NCBI GenBank assembly: GCA_013239625.1
Contig: MU054204.1
Span: 1,115,537-1,179,536, forward strand
Reading direction: 5' to 3'
DNA from: Lama guanicoe
Taxonomy: Eukaryota
DNA: 64,000 nt
The notes beneath the pieces are model-generated. The model did not search any database, was not told where the DNA came from, and was given only the letters and a program-made list of their open reading frames with translations. Both the position numbers and the translations under genes were made by a program. How positions within the stretch are numbered: the stretch's first letter is position 1; each line of letters starts with the position of its first letter. Below are positions 25,808 through 37,116 of the stretch, one piece after another.

Positions 25808-26976
25808 TGTCTGGGAGAAAGAAATTTTCCTTCACCCTTCTAGGTTCTTCTGGATGGTCTAAGAATTAAACTGACATGATTAACAGGAGGAAAAGCAAAC
25901 AAAAATTTAATAACATATATACACGGGAGAGACCCCAGGAGAACTAAGTAACTCACCAAAATGGCCGAAACCCTCACCTTAAATACCACCTTCAGCTAAA
26001 AATTCAATAGCTTATAATAACCTATAATGAAAAAGAATATGAAAAAAAATAGAGACCTACGTATAACTGAATCACTGTGCTGTACACCAGAAACTAACAC
26101 ATTTTAAATCAACTATACTTCAACAAAAAATTTGAAATTAAAATTTTAAAAATTTTTAAAATGAAAGAGGAATACCAAATGACATCACTCATATGTGGAA
26201 TCTAAAAAAAAAAAGGAAAAAGAAAAGAAAAAAGAAGACACTAATGAATTTATCTACAAAACAGAATCACAAACAGACTCACAGACATAGTAAACAAACT
26301 TACAATTACCTGGGGGAAAGAGGGTGGGAAGGGATAAATTGGGAGTTCAAGACATGCAAATACTAACTACTATATATAAAATAGATTAAAAAAACAAATT
26401 TCTTCTGTATAGCACAGGGAACTATATTCAATATCCTGTAGTAAGCTATAACAAAAAAGAATATGAAAACAAATATATGTATGTATATGTATGACTGAAA
26501 CATGATGCTATACACCAGAAATTGACACAACATTGTAACTGACTATACGTCAATTAAAAATAAATAAATATAAATAAAAACAAAGTACATGGGAAAAAAA
26601 TTTAAAAATGAAAGAGGATGTTGGGGGTAGTGGTTTGGGACTTCAAAGGGGAGGAAGGCAATTCAGTGAAGGCGGAAGAGCAAATGTTTGGTAACAAATG
26701 TTTGCTGGGCCATGCACACAATGGGACACAGAATGAACTCTGATCTCTAGGCCCTGCCTAGGGTCGCCCCCACCACACCTAGCCCATATTCATCGCAGAT
26801 ATCTCTGGTGATAGCTCTATTCCAGAAATAGGCCCTTTATCTAAATTCTTTAGGCAGCTACAGGGGAGGTAAAAAGAAAGACTTCCTAAGTCTTCTGTTT
26901 CTTAAAAATAATCATCCTAAATTAATCCTCATGCCATAGAGACACATTTTGGGATGGCAAATTTTGCTTCTTTACA
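25808..26976 (-). mobile_element. ERV1 solo LTR with two nested L1 3' ends (~26001-26600)
   Basis: tgtctgggagaaagaaattttcc...gcaaattttgcttctttaca; the integrase text (KLQG | PWVH) resumes across it; L1 TSD aaaatgaaagagga. Confidence 0.8.
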
Positions 26977-27500
26977 GTAGGCACCCATGGGTACATGCAA
27001 GCAAGTGCCAATGATATAAACAACACAATTGTGCCTTTTTCAGTGTGTACTCCTGGGACTTTCTTTTGGTGTAATCAAATGGATTTCCTATCCTTGTCAC
27101 ATTAAAATATGCCCTACACTTTGGTTACAGTCATTCAGCCTTAAAAAAGCATTCAAAACAGAACTTCCCAGTGCTCTCATTTTATTAATATTTTGACATG
27201 TCATCTTATCAGGACATATTCAAGACACTTTCACTGATTTGTGCAAGGATTTATACTCTGGCTAGGAGTTCTGGAACTAGATCATGTTATCCTAAATCTG
27301 TATCAGACTCTGGCTCAAACAGCCAAACAAATAGTTCAAGCATTCAAAGTACAACAGACCAGTAGAAATTTATCAGATAGAATTTTTATTTGCTCACCAG
27401 CCAAGGTGGAGTCTGGGCAATGGGTAACACATCTTATTGTACCTGAATAAATACCTTAGGAGAAGTGGAACAATCAATCAATTAATTAAAAAGCCACTTG

Positions 27501-27886
27501 TAGTTTTGATTTGCATTTCTTTAATTAGTGAAATTGAGCATCTTTTCATATGAACTTATCTACAAAACAGAAACAGACTCACAGACATAGAGAATAAACA
27601 TGGTTACCAGTGGGGAAAGGAGGCAGGAAGGGATAAATTGGGAGTTCAAGATGTGCAGATACTAACTACTATATATAAAATAGATAAACAAGCTTTTACT
27701 GTATAGCACAGGAACTATATTCATTATTTTCTAGTAACCTATAATGAAAAAGAATATGAAAATGAATATATGTGTGTATATGTATGACTGAAACATTATG
27801 CTGTACACCAGAAATTGACACCACATTGTGAACTGACTATACTTCAATAAAAAAAATTTAAGTAGACTGGCTATACTTCAATTTAA
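27501..27886 (+). mobile_element. 5'-inverted L1 insertion inside env remnant
   Basis: 27501-27550 is antisense L1 (ttttgatttgcatttct...gagcatcttttcat), followed by a sense L1 3' end; TSD aaaaag(c/a)cacttg. Confidence 0.85.
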
Positions 27887-29104
27887 AAAAAGACACTTGC
27901 TTACCCAATATTGACCAAGTGAATCCATGTGAATTGCCCTCTTGGTTGGGCTTCAGCAAACTAGGAAGTTGGACATGAAGTGGATTCCAAGACTTATTAT
28001 TATTATCATCAACGTTAGGTTCTTTGCCCTCCTCCATTATCTAACATCCAGGTTCTTAAAATGTTGTTGCACAGCAACGATCCCAAAGCAGTTGTTAACA
28101 GATTAGCATCAGAAGGAACCTGCAGCCTTCATGGTCAGCCCAGCTTGGCTGCTTGAATGACTGAGTGGGCTAGTTGGAAAATTCTGGGAAAGTTGCTGGT
28201 GCATGGCTGGCAGAGCTGAGATGGAGGTGCAAACTGAAGGCAGCGGAAGATGTACTACAGACACAGCCTGTCACACATTGTTCAGAATTTAACTCCTGAG
28301 GTCTCCTGGGGAATCCATACACAACTGAACTCTTCCTTAAGGACCCGGCCTGCTACCCAAGGGCAGAACACCCCAGCTAGTCCTTTGCTGTTTGCCAGCT
28401 CACTCAATAAGAGGCAAACAATGTTCACCATTTCCAAATACAGCTGTGGTTTTCCTTCATTCCTCACTCATCTTTCTTGTAGATAAAGCCTCTGTTACAT
28501 AAAATCAATCTATTATTAGTTTTTTTGTATTCAAGTGAATCAGTATGATAATAATTAACAACATCTTCAGGTTCTTCTTTGACATATGCTACCTAACTTC
28601 TATGAGCCTCAGTTTCATCATCTTGTAAAATGGGAATGTACAGCACACACCCAGAGAAAATTGAAGTGAAATCGCTAAAAGGCCAGTGCCCAGAACAGCA
28701 TCTGACACATATGCAGAAAAGCTGCCTTCCCAGATGAAGTTGATGATAAAGGCCTTCAATTAGGCAAGCATTACAGGCAAGAAGGAACTTAAGCGAAATG
28801 CGTGGTGGAATCCTATTCAAGCAATTTAACTATCGTGTGTGTTAAGCTCCCTGTTCTGGGGAAGATACAAAAAGCCAGATGTGATCCCTTTAAAGAAACA
28901 GAAAATGCGTTGGGGAGATAAAATACACTCACGAACCAGTACTTCAAGAATGTGGCCATGGTGGAAATTAACAACTGCAATAAACTGTGGAAAGGCAAAG
29001 GTGAGTGAAGGTAGTTCATGCAAGAATGCATGAAGCTGTGGAGGAACAGAATCACACCAACAGAGTTCCTCAGCACCGCATGTGACAAGCTGATACCCTA
29101 AATG

Positions 29105-29260
29105 GAAACCTTGAGTTGTATAAGTTTGCTGTGCCTCAGTTTCCACAACAGTGAATAATAATACCTACTTCAGCAAGTTCTGTGCTTTAAATGTGATAAT
29201 GGGTGAAAAGCACTTAGCAAAGTGCCAATATAAAGCAGGCAATATAGAGTAGTTGTTATC
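29105..29260 (+). mobile_element. MIR remnant (another at ~28585-28720)
   Basis: ctgtgcctcagtttcc...aataataatacctacttca...aaagcacttagca. Confidence 0.7.
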
Positions 29261-30539
29261 ATCGTGACTTTGTTTATCTATTGTGAACATTGCCTTTCTA
29301 TTCTTTATTCTCTCACCTCCCCCCTTGTAATCATGTTGGCAAAATATCACTGTGTTCCCAGGTTCATAAACATTCCTTGCTTTTTCTGGCTTCTACCTTT
29401 GTTTCTGCTGAATATACACCATAACTCCCCCGCCGCAACCACCCCCCAGACTCCTACCTCTCCCAGACATGCGCAGTATGGCCAGTTGGTAGCTTTCAAC
29501 GTCAAGATGAAATCGGGAAAATATTGCCAGTTTCATTTGCCCACCACTCAACGTTTTTACCTTTACATAGCACCCTTCAAGGACAGCACTGCGTTGTAAT
29601 TGCTTTTGTAGGCAAAAGCCTCTTTTTGGTTTATGAGGCAAGCATTCTGCTTTATTAACATTTAGTTCCCCAGGGCCAGCCAAATCAAGACACATAGTAG
29701 GCTGGCTAGACCTCAAAAGTCAGAAATTTTTGATTTGGGTTTTCCAAGAGAAACGCCAAGTGGCTCCCCCTGCTTTTAGAGACCACTGGGTTCCGCATGG
29801 CAGTGGGGTAGGCTATCAGTGGAACTGATCTAGGAATGAGAACCAACAATCTGACAATCAGGGTTCATTGTCAAACCTCATGGCATTTTGAGCAATAAAC
29901 CTTTTTGGTGACTGAAACCCCTGACAATGGTAATTCATAATTCCTGGATTGCATGTGTTCTGGTGCCCATGTGAGTCCAAATGGCACAAAACTGTGTTGG
30001 GTGGCTGCCTGCATGTTTTTCAAGGTTTCAAAACCTACACTAACCAGAGCATACTCAGCTCTAGCCTGGACTGATATAAGAGCTTTCATTGTGTAGGAAC
30101 ATATGAAGATTTTTTTTTAAACAAAAGCCAAGTGTTCCCTTTGGATGAATTAAGTTCCTCAATCTCACAGTGAAATATTGCATTTGTCAGTTTCAATTCA
30201 TTGTTTCTTTAAACATCACATATTCCTTTGCATATTTATTAGTTTCATTAAAGACACACTGCTTATCTTTTTCCTGGCCACCTCCTTAAAGGCAAAGGAC
30301 TCAGTGAGGGGACTTTGGAGGCCCAGGTAGAGAACCCTCCCTCTCTGCTGAGTCCCTCCAGCTGTTTCCCTTCCACTGGCTGCATCAAAAAACAAACCAA
30401 CAATCCTCTTCCAGCTGTTGCTATGGAGTTTATGAAAACATATATTAAACTGAATAACTTTGGTTATGGTGTCCAAGCAGCAGTGGTGGTGAATGACTTA
30501 ACTTGCTGACAAATGTGCTTCATGGAGATCGACTCTTAC

Positions 30540-30609
30540 CTTGGGCACCAGGAAAGATAAACAGGATAATCCAAAAGACTCCTGCGCAGTCATAGGAACC
30601 TGGAGCCAT
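30540..30609 (-). other. Candidate internal exon (70 nt)
   Basis: Acceptor ggtttatttttgtcctgaccag|ATGG and donor CAAG|gtaaga; phase-0 reading MAPGSYDCAGVFWIILFIFPGAQ(G). Confidence 0.35.
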
Positions 30610-31182
30610 CTGGTCAGGACAAAAATAAACCAGCCATGAAGCCTGCATGAATCTCCAGGGTTTGGGCCGACTGAATTAACATCACTTGGATAGAAGAGCA
30701 GAGGAAACTGGCAGCAGAGACGGCTGAAAAGACTGTAATTAACATACACGGAGCAAAGGGCTTTTAGAATGAAATGCTTTGTATTGTCTGGGGCTAAAAC
30801 CCAGACAATCATTTGAAAGTCCCCCAGCTTGATAAAGGCAAATCAAAGCATGTATTGATGGGAAGATAAACTCTGGTGCGGTACAGAAACACAACAAAAC
30901 ACAACAGAAAACAGAAATGTCATTTAATTGGCACTTCACAAACCAGAGGACTCAGCCTAACAGAATGATTCAGCTGCCTTGTGTTGAGCAAGTCAGTATG
31001 TGATACCACTCTCTGAGTCTCTGCGGCTGGACTACATTTTTCCATTTTTCCATACATTTTCCAGATTTAGCAAATCACAATCAGGCAAGATTGGGAACAC
31101 AGTTATGTTTTAAAAATTGTTTGTTGTTTATATAAAATTCAAACTTAATTGGAAACCCTATATTTCATCTGGAAACCCCTAC

Positions 31183-32120
31183 TGTGGAAATAAAGAAAAC
31201 CCAAATGATGATACAGAGGCTCTTTATTCAGAGCTTGCCATAGAAAGGGCATAGACTATCATCACTTGTGTTTGGCTGAGACTCAAAGGCAGGCGGGGGA
31301 GTGGAAAAGCTTGGTAGTGATAAAAGGAAAGACTTCAGGTGTGCCCTGTGGCAATAAATGACCAACCAAATGAGAAAAGCAAAGGCTATTTATTCCGAGC
31401 TTGCTAGAGCAAGAGAGTCAGACACTGTTACTTGTGTGTTGGCAGAGACTCAAAGGCCAGCAGAGAAGTGGGAAAGCTTTAAAGTGGAAAAAGGGGAAGG
31501 CTTCAGGTGTGCCTTGATTGGAGGCTGGTGATGTAGGGAAGCTGGAGGCAGGCTAACTAGGAGCGGGACATCCTATGGGATTGGTTAGGGGTGCATATTT
31601 GGTTTTCTTCCTTTGGTCCTCAGTTGGAAGTAGGGACGAAAATTATGGAAGCTGTCAGTTCTTAATCAAGTTCTTGCCAATTGGGGCTGATTGTTACAGG
31701 AGTTATTGTTTAGCTTCCCGGATTGTCACTAGAGATAGTAATCTGGCTTCCTGCAAGTCTGACTTCCAGCAGGCTGGCTTCCTCGGCTGGTTATGGGAGA
31801 TAAGGGTTGATTTCCTGGGCAGGGTGTTGCAGATTGTGGGTCAAAGTTCTATTTTTATATATGGCCTGACCATTGTCCTTTGGTATATTCAGCCTCTCAG
31901 GCCTGATTGGAGGTTGTTGACAGGGAAAGCTGAAAGTGGACTAATTAGAAGTGGGACATCTTATGTGATTGATTTGGGGAGCAGATTTTACTTTCTCTGG
32001 TTGGTCCTGAGTGAATAGCTGGGGCCCAAATTCAGGAAGCTGGCAGTCACTGATGAAATCCTGATGGTTTGGGGTCAATTCCTACAGAGGTTGTGGTTTT
32101 GCCTGCCCGCAGGTTGCAAC
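31183..32120 (-). mobile_element. ERV1 LTR (MER89/MER90-like) containing a related LTR at 31347-31899
   Basis: Both elements carry tgtgg...tttattc(a/c)gagcttgc...gagactcaaaggc...ttcaggtgtgcc; the inner element ends cagcctctca; TSD gccc/ggcc. Confidence 0.7.
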
Positions 32121-32129
32121 AGAGCTGCT

Positions 32130-32940
32130 GATTTGGCAAAGGACCTGAATAGACATTTCTCCAAAGAACTAGAACAAATGACCAACAAGCACATGAAGAG
32201 ATGTCCAACGTCCTTAGTCATCAAGGAAAGTGCAAATCAAAACCACAATGAGAAAATACTTTATACCCCCTAAGGTGGCTGTAATTAAAAGACATAATAA
32301 CAAGCGTTGATAAAGAGGTAGACAAATGGGAACACTCATACATTGCTGGTGGGAGTGCAGAATGGTGCAGCTGCAGTAGAAAACAGTTTAGCAGGTCCTC
32401 AAAAAGTTAAACATAGAATTACCATAAGATCCAGCATTCCACTCCTAGGTATAGGAGGATTCCACCCAAGAGAAATGAAAATATAAATTCACACAAAAAA
32501 ATTGTACACAAGTGTTCACAGCAGCATTATTCACAATAGCCAAAAAGTGGAAATAGCTTGTATGTCCATCAGCTGAGGAATGGACAAACAAAATGTAGTA
32601 TATAGATATGATGGAATATTATTCAGCCATAATAAAGAATGGAGTACTAAGACATGGCACAATATGGTTGGACCTTGAAAACATTATGCAAAGTGAAAGA
32701 AGCCAGGCACAAAGGACTGCATATTTTATGATTCCATTTATACGAAATGGCCAAAATAAGCAAATCCATAGAGACAGGAAATAGATATGTGATTGCCAGG
32801 GCCTGGGAGGAGGGGAGAAGGGGAAAAGACTGCTAATGGGTACTGAGTTTCTTTGGAGGAGGATGAAATTGTTCTAGGATTAGGTAGTAGTGATAGTTAT
32901 ACAACTTTGAATATACTAAAAAAAAACAGTAAATTGTAGG
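32130..32940 (+). mobile_element. L1MB-type 3' portion
   Basis: gacctgaatagacatttctccaaag...ccttgaaaacattatgcaaagtgaaagaagccag...gttctaggattagg. Confidence 0.85.
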
Positions 32941-33589
32941 GTTTTTTGACTCCTATATTCTCTTCACGGGCATATTTTCTAGTCACCTCTTGTGATGAGT
33001 GACGCATGTCTTTTAACTTTTGCAGCCTTCCTGAATGTACATCCTTCTGGATATCTGTACAAAATGGACCTTATTCTGGTTTCTTGTCCTTATCCCATGT
33101 TCTTCTGCAGACACAGCTTAAATGTGTTCTATCTTGGTCTCTCAGTCCATTAGTTATGACTGCCAAATGCTGCTGGAGGCCCAAAGAGAGGAGTTGAGAA
33201 GGTATCATGGGCCACTTTGTATAATAACCTAGTTCAAGTACTACTGTAAAAACTACAAAATACCCTAAATTTAGGAATTATGTTTTCTTCTTTCCTTGTA
33301 TTCTGCTTTTCTCTCTACAGACTTAGAAAATGTAATTGTCACAGCCTCATATTATGAGGGAAACCCAGAAAACCCAAAATCACAGCTCTAATGCCCTCTA
33401 GTGCTCTCTGCTTCACCATCTTCAGATATCTGGCTCGTCTGATTTCTCTCAAGCAAGGCCTCCCAAAAGTGTCTGATCTACCAATCTCCAATAAACGGGT
33501 TGACTGTAAGATGATAAGAGCCTCATTTTTATCTCTCTCACTACCTCTACCATTTTACCAAAAGTCTTCTAGTAACATACGTCCTCAAC

Positions 33590-33757
33590 CAGCCCTCCTC
33601 AACCCTAGACACACATTTGAATACCCTGGGAAGTAATTTTTGAATATTGATGCCTGAACCCCAGGCCCAGATCAATTGGTATAGGGTGGGGCCTGAAAAT
33701 TGATATTTTTTCAAAGTTCTCCTAGGCAACTTCAGTGGGCAGCCAGGGTTGACAAAC
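33590..33757. mobile_element. MER5-family hAT MITE remnant
   Basis: ctcaaccct...gaataccctgggaag...gggtggggcctg...gcagccagggttga. Confidence 0.6.
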
Positions 33758-33817
33758 TTGTGGAAACCAAAATTAAAAACATAATACCATTTACAATTGT
33801 GCTAAAAAAATTAAGTA

Positions 33818-33900
33818 GGGGGGTATAGCTCAGTGGTAGAGCACAAGCTTAGCATGCAGGAGGTTCAATCCCAGTATCTCCATTAACATACAAAAAAAGA
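33818..33900 (+). mobile_element. vic-1-type SINE
   Basis: gggggtatagctcagtggtagagcacaagcttagcatgcagg...ggttcaatccc. Confidence 0.85.
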
Positions 33901-34515
33901 AGAAGAGAGGGGAATAAAGGAAAATTAAATAGTTAGATATAAAGCTAAAAGTATGTACAGGATCTATATGCTGAAAATTACAGAACTCTGACAAAATAAA
34001 TGGAGAAACGTATCATGTTCATATATTGGAAGACTCAGAATAGTACAGATGTCAATTCTCTCCAAATAGATCTAAAGGTTTAATGCAGTTCCTATCAAGG
34101 TTTTTTTGTACACATAAACAAGCTTATTCTAAAATGTATATGGATGATTATCACTTATATGTGGAATCTAAAAAAAAGGACACAAATGAACTTATCTACA
34201 AAACAGAAACAGACTCACAGACATAGAGAACAATTTTATGGTTACCAGGAGATAAAGGGGGTGAGAAGGGATAAATTGGGAATTTGAAATTTGCACCTCT
34301 TGGGGAGTGATAGAAATATTAGCTATCTTGATTGTGGTGGTGGTTTCATTGGTATATACATCTATCAAAAGTTAAAAAAATGTGACAATGAATATATGCA
34401 TGTTCATGTATAACTGAAAAATTGTGCTCTACACTGGAATTTGACACAACATTGTAAAATGACTATAACTCAATAAAAAAAAGTTTTAAAAAGTTATCAA
34501 ACTGTACATCTGAAA

Positions 34516-34546
<31 letters not shown>

Positions 34547-35158
34547 AATGTATATGGAAAGGCACAAGCCCTAGAATAGCAATAATAAAATAGAATTTTA
34601 AATAAAACATACCTAATTTTTAAATTTAATTTCTAAAATATTGAATTAAAAATAAAATATTTTTAAAACGAAGAACAAAGTGGGAGGAATCAACCTGATG
34701 GCTTACTATATAGCTAGAGTAATCAAGGTAATTATTGTCTTAGCAGAGAGATGGACATAGATCAAAGGAACAGAAATAAAATTCATGTAGACTCACACAA
34801 ATACATCAAACTGACTTCTTTTTTTCAACTGACTTTTGACAAAGATGCAAAAGCAATCCAGTGGAGGAAGGATAGCCTTTTCAACAAATGGTGCTAGAGC
34901 CACTGGATATCCATAAGTGAAAAGAAAAAAAAGAACCTTGATCTAAACCTCAAACCTTACAAAAATTAACTCAAAATGGACTGTGGAGTTAATATAAAAT
35001 GTAAAACTCTAAAACTTTTAGAAACAAAATATTGGAAAATAAATCTTTGGGACCTAGGACTAGATGAACAGATGTTAGACTTGACACTTAAAAGCACAAT
35101 CCTTAAAAGGAAAAATTGATGAGTTGGACTTTATCAAAATTAAAAACATTTCTTCCAA

Positions 35159-35312
35159 GGGGAGGGTGAAGCTCAGTGGCAGAGCGTGTGCTTAGCATGC
35201 ACAAGTCCTGGGTTCAATCCCCAGCACCTCCATTAGACATAAACAAACCTAATTACCTCCCCACCAAAGAAATTTTATAAATTAAAGATAAATACAAATA
35301 AATAAATTTTTT
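35159..35312 (+). mobile_element. vic-1-type SINE
   Basis: ggggagggtgaagctcagtggcagagcgtgtgcttagcatgcac...gggttcaatcccc; TSD acatttcttc. Confidence 0.9.
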
Positions 35313-36623
35313 AAACACATTTCTTCTATTGAAAGACCCTGTTAAGAAGACGAAAAGACAAGTCACAGACTGGGAGAAGATATTTGCCAACTATATTCCC
35401 AATGAAGGCCTTACGTCCAGAACAGATAAAGAACTCTCAGAACTCCACAATAAAAAAAGCAAACAATCCAACTTGAAACTAGGCAAAAGACATGAACATA
35501 CGTTTCACCAAAGAGGAGATATGGATGGCAAATAAGTATCTGAAAAGATGTTCAACACCACTAGCCATTAGGGAAATGGAAATTAAGACCACCATGAGAT
35601 ATCACTAGACACCTGGTACAACAGTTGAAATAAAAAATAGTGATAAATACCAAATGCTGGTGAAGCCACAGAGAAATTAGATCTTTCTATTTTGCTGGTG
35701 GGAATGTAAAATGGTGCCTCCATCTGGAGAAAAGTTGAGGGTAGAATAAATATGTACAAAGGGATAATATGAAGGGGTTTTTTCGTGGCGATGGGGACCA
35801 GTTCTGTATCTTGATTGTGGAAGTGGAATAGAACCACATGCGCGCGCGCACACACACACACACATACAGTTTTTTTAAACAGTGAAAACTGAATACAGTC
35901 CGTAGTCTAATTAAGAGTAATATACCACACCAGAAACTAACACAACATTGTAAATCAACTATACTTCAATTAAAAAAAAAAGAATAATGTACCAATGTCA
36001 GTTTTGTTATTATAATACAGCTGTGTAAGATGTCACCATTGGGGAAAGCTGGGTGAAGGATGAAGTTATACTATTTTTGCAATTTCCTCTAAGTATATAC
36101 TTATTTCAAGATAAACATTTTTCAACTTTAAGAAATATATCCCCCCAAAAGTCCTTTTGGTCTTCTAGAGTCTACTATTAAAACACAAATATCCCTGAGG
36201 GGGTGAAATCCTTAAGCAATTGCCTCCCAGCTATAGCTTTATCCGGCTCAGCTTGTTAGGTCATTTTCTGCCCTGAGAGCATGTTAGAATATATCAGGGG
36301 TGCTTCAGGAGACAGAAAGACGGAGCCCCAGGAGAATGGGGAAGGGTCTCATAAGAAGGGGTGAATGTGCCAACCATCATCATCTCTTCCAATGCTCATG
36401 CAACATTACCCTGCCCTGTCTCAATATCTCTGCCAAGATCCATTGGTTTCATCCACACGCAGAGGCGGCAAGACAGAAATCAGCCTGAAATTCACTGCCT
36501 GCTCTTCTCCCACATCTGCCAGATGCTTGCTGTGTGCCTAGATTTCTCTTGCGAAGAACAGTTGTGCCAATGTGCTGTAGTAGCTTGGAATAAGTGGGCT
36601 AAAGAAGAATTTTAAAGTATAGT

Positions 36624-37116
36624 ATATTCTGGAAATTAAACCTTTGTCAGTCGCATCATTTGCAAATATTTTCTCCCATTCCGTAAGTTGTCGTTTTGTT
36701 TTACTTCTGATTTCCTTTGCTGTGCAAAAGCTTATAGGTTTACTTAGGTCACATTTGTTTATTTTTGCTTTTATTTCTATTGCCTGGGTAGACTTCCCTA
36801 GGAGAACACTGCTGAGATTTATGTCAGAGAATGTTTTGTCTATATTTTCTTCTAGGAGGTTTATAGTGTCTTGTCTTGTGTTTAAGTCTTTAAGCCATTT
36901 TAAGTTTATTTTTGTGTATGGTGTGAAGGAGTGTTCTAACTTCACTGATTTACATGCTGCTGTCCAGTTTTCCCAACACCACATGCTGAAGAGACTGTCT
37001 TTTCTCCATCGCATATTCTTGACTCCTTTGTCAAAGATTAATTGATTGTAGGTCTGTGGGTTTACTTCTGGACTCTCTATTCTATCCTTCAATAAAAAAT
37101 AACAAAACAAAATAAA
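36624..37116 (-). mobile_element. Young L1 ORF2 fragment, probably the inverted part of a twin-primed insertion
   Basis: Open antisense frame RIESPEVNPQTYNQLIFDKG...WEKIFANDATDKGLISRIY, followed by a sense L1 terminus cttcaataaaaa and an A-rich tail. Confidence 0.85.

Larger units (their letters stand above)
22300..28100 (+). mobile_element. Decayed ERV1-class provirus interior: pol (RT-connection, RNase H, integrase) and env TM remnants
   Basis: Manual translation gives RT-connection/RNase H motifs TQHLSTGHIASY, CSNLNAGVLFP, VDGTY, STQIAE, HIYTDR, VHDFSTLWKQR, AKGNSLDDY; integrase motifs FEHFQMDFIQF, VMVCEFYAWIEAFPCQKA, SHFTG, HDLQSGD, WRGPFRVLLTT; env TM-like ILWLGVLELDHVILNL...AFKVQQTS and LGEVEQSI. 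Many stops, frameshifts and insertions. Confidence 0.85.
33760..36125 (+). mobile_element. Old L1 (L1MC/MD-type) ORF2 3' half and 3'UTR with nested SINEs and L1 tips
   Basis: gacttttgacaaagatgcaaaagcaatccagtggaggaaggatagccttttcaacaaatgg; MKDPVKKTKRQVTDWEKIFAN. Confidence 0.85.

Noticed and set aside
27241..27450. Captured syncytin-like env gene
   Set aside because: Only ~70 codons are open, the immunosuppressive/CX6CC region is degraded, the SU part is largely missing, and an L1 is inserted.
29393..29716. ABC-transporter signature (KTLSGGQ)
   Set aside because: No Walker A or B context and no neighbouring ABC-like exons; likely a chance match.
35839..35866. (GC)n(AC)n Z-DNA-prone tract
   Set aside because: An ordinary microsatellite inside an L1 3'UTR.
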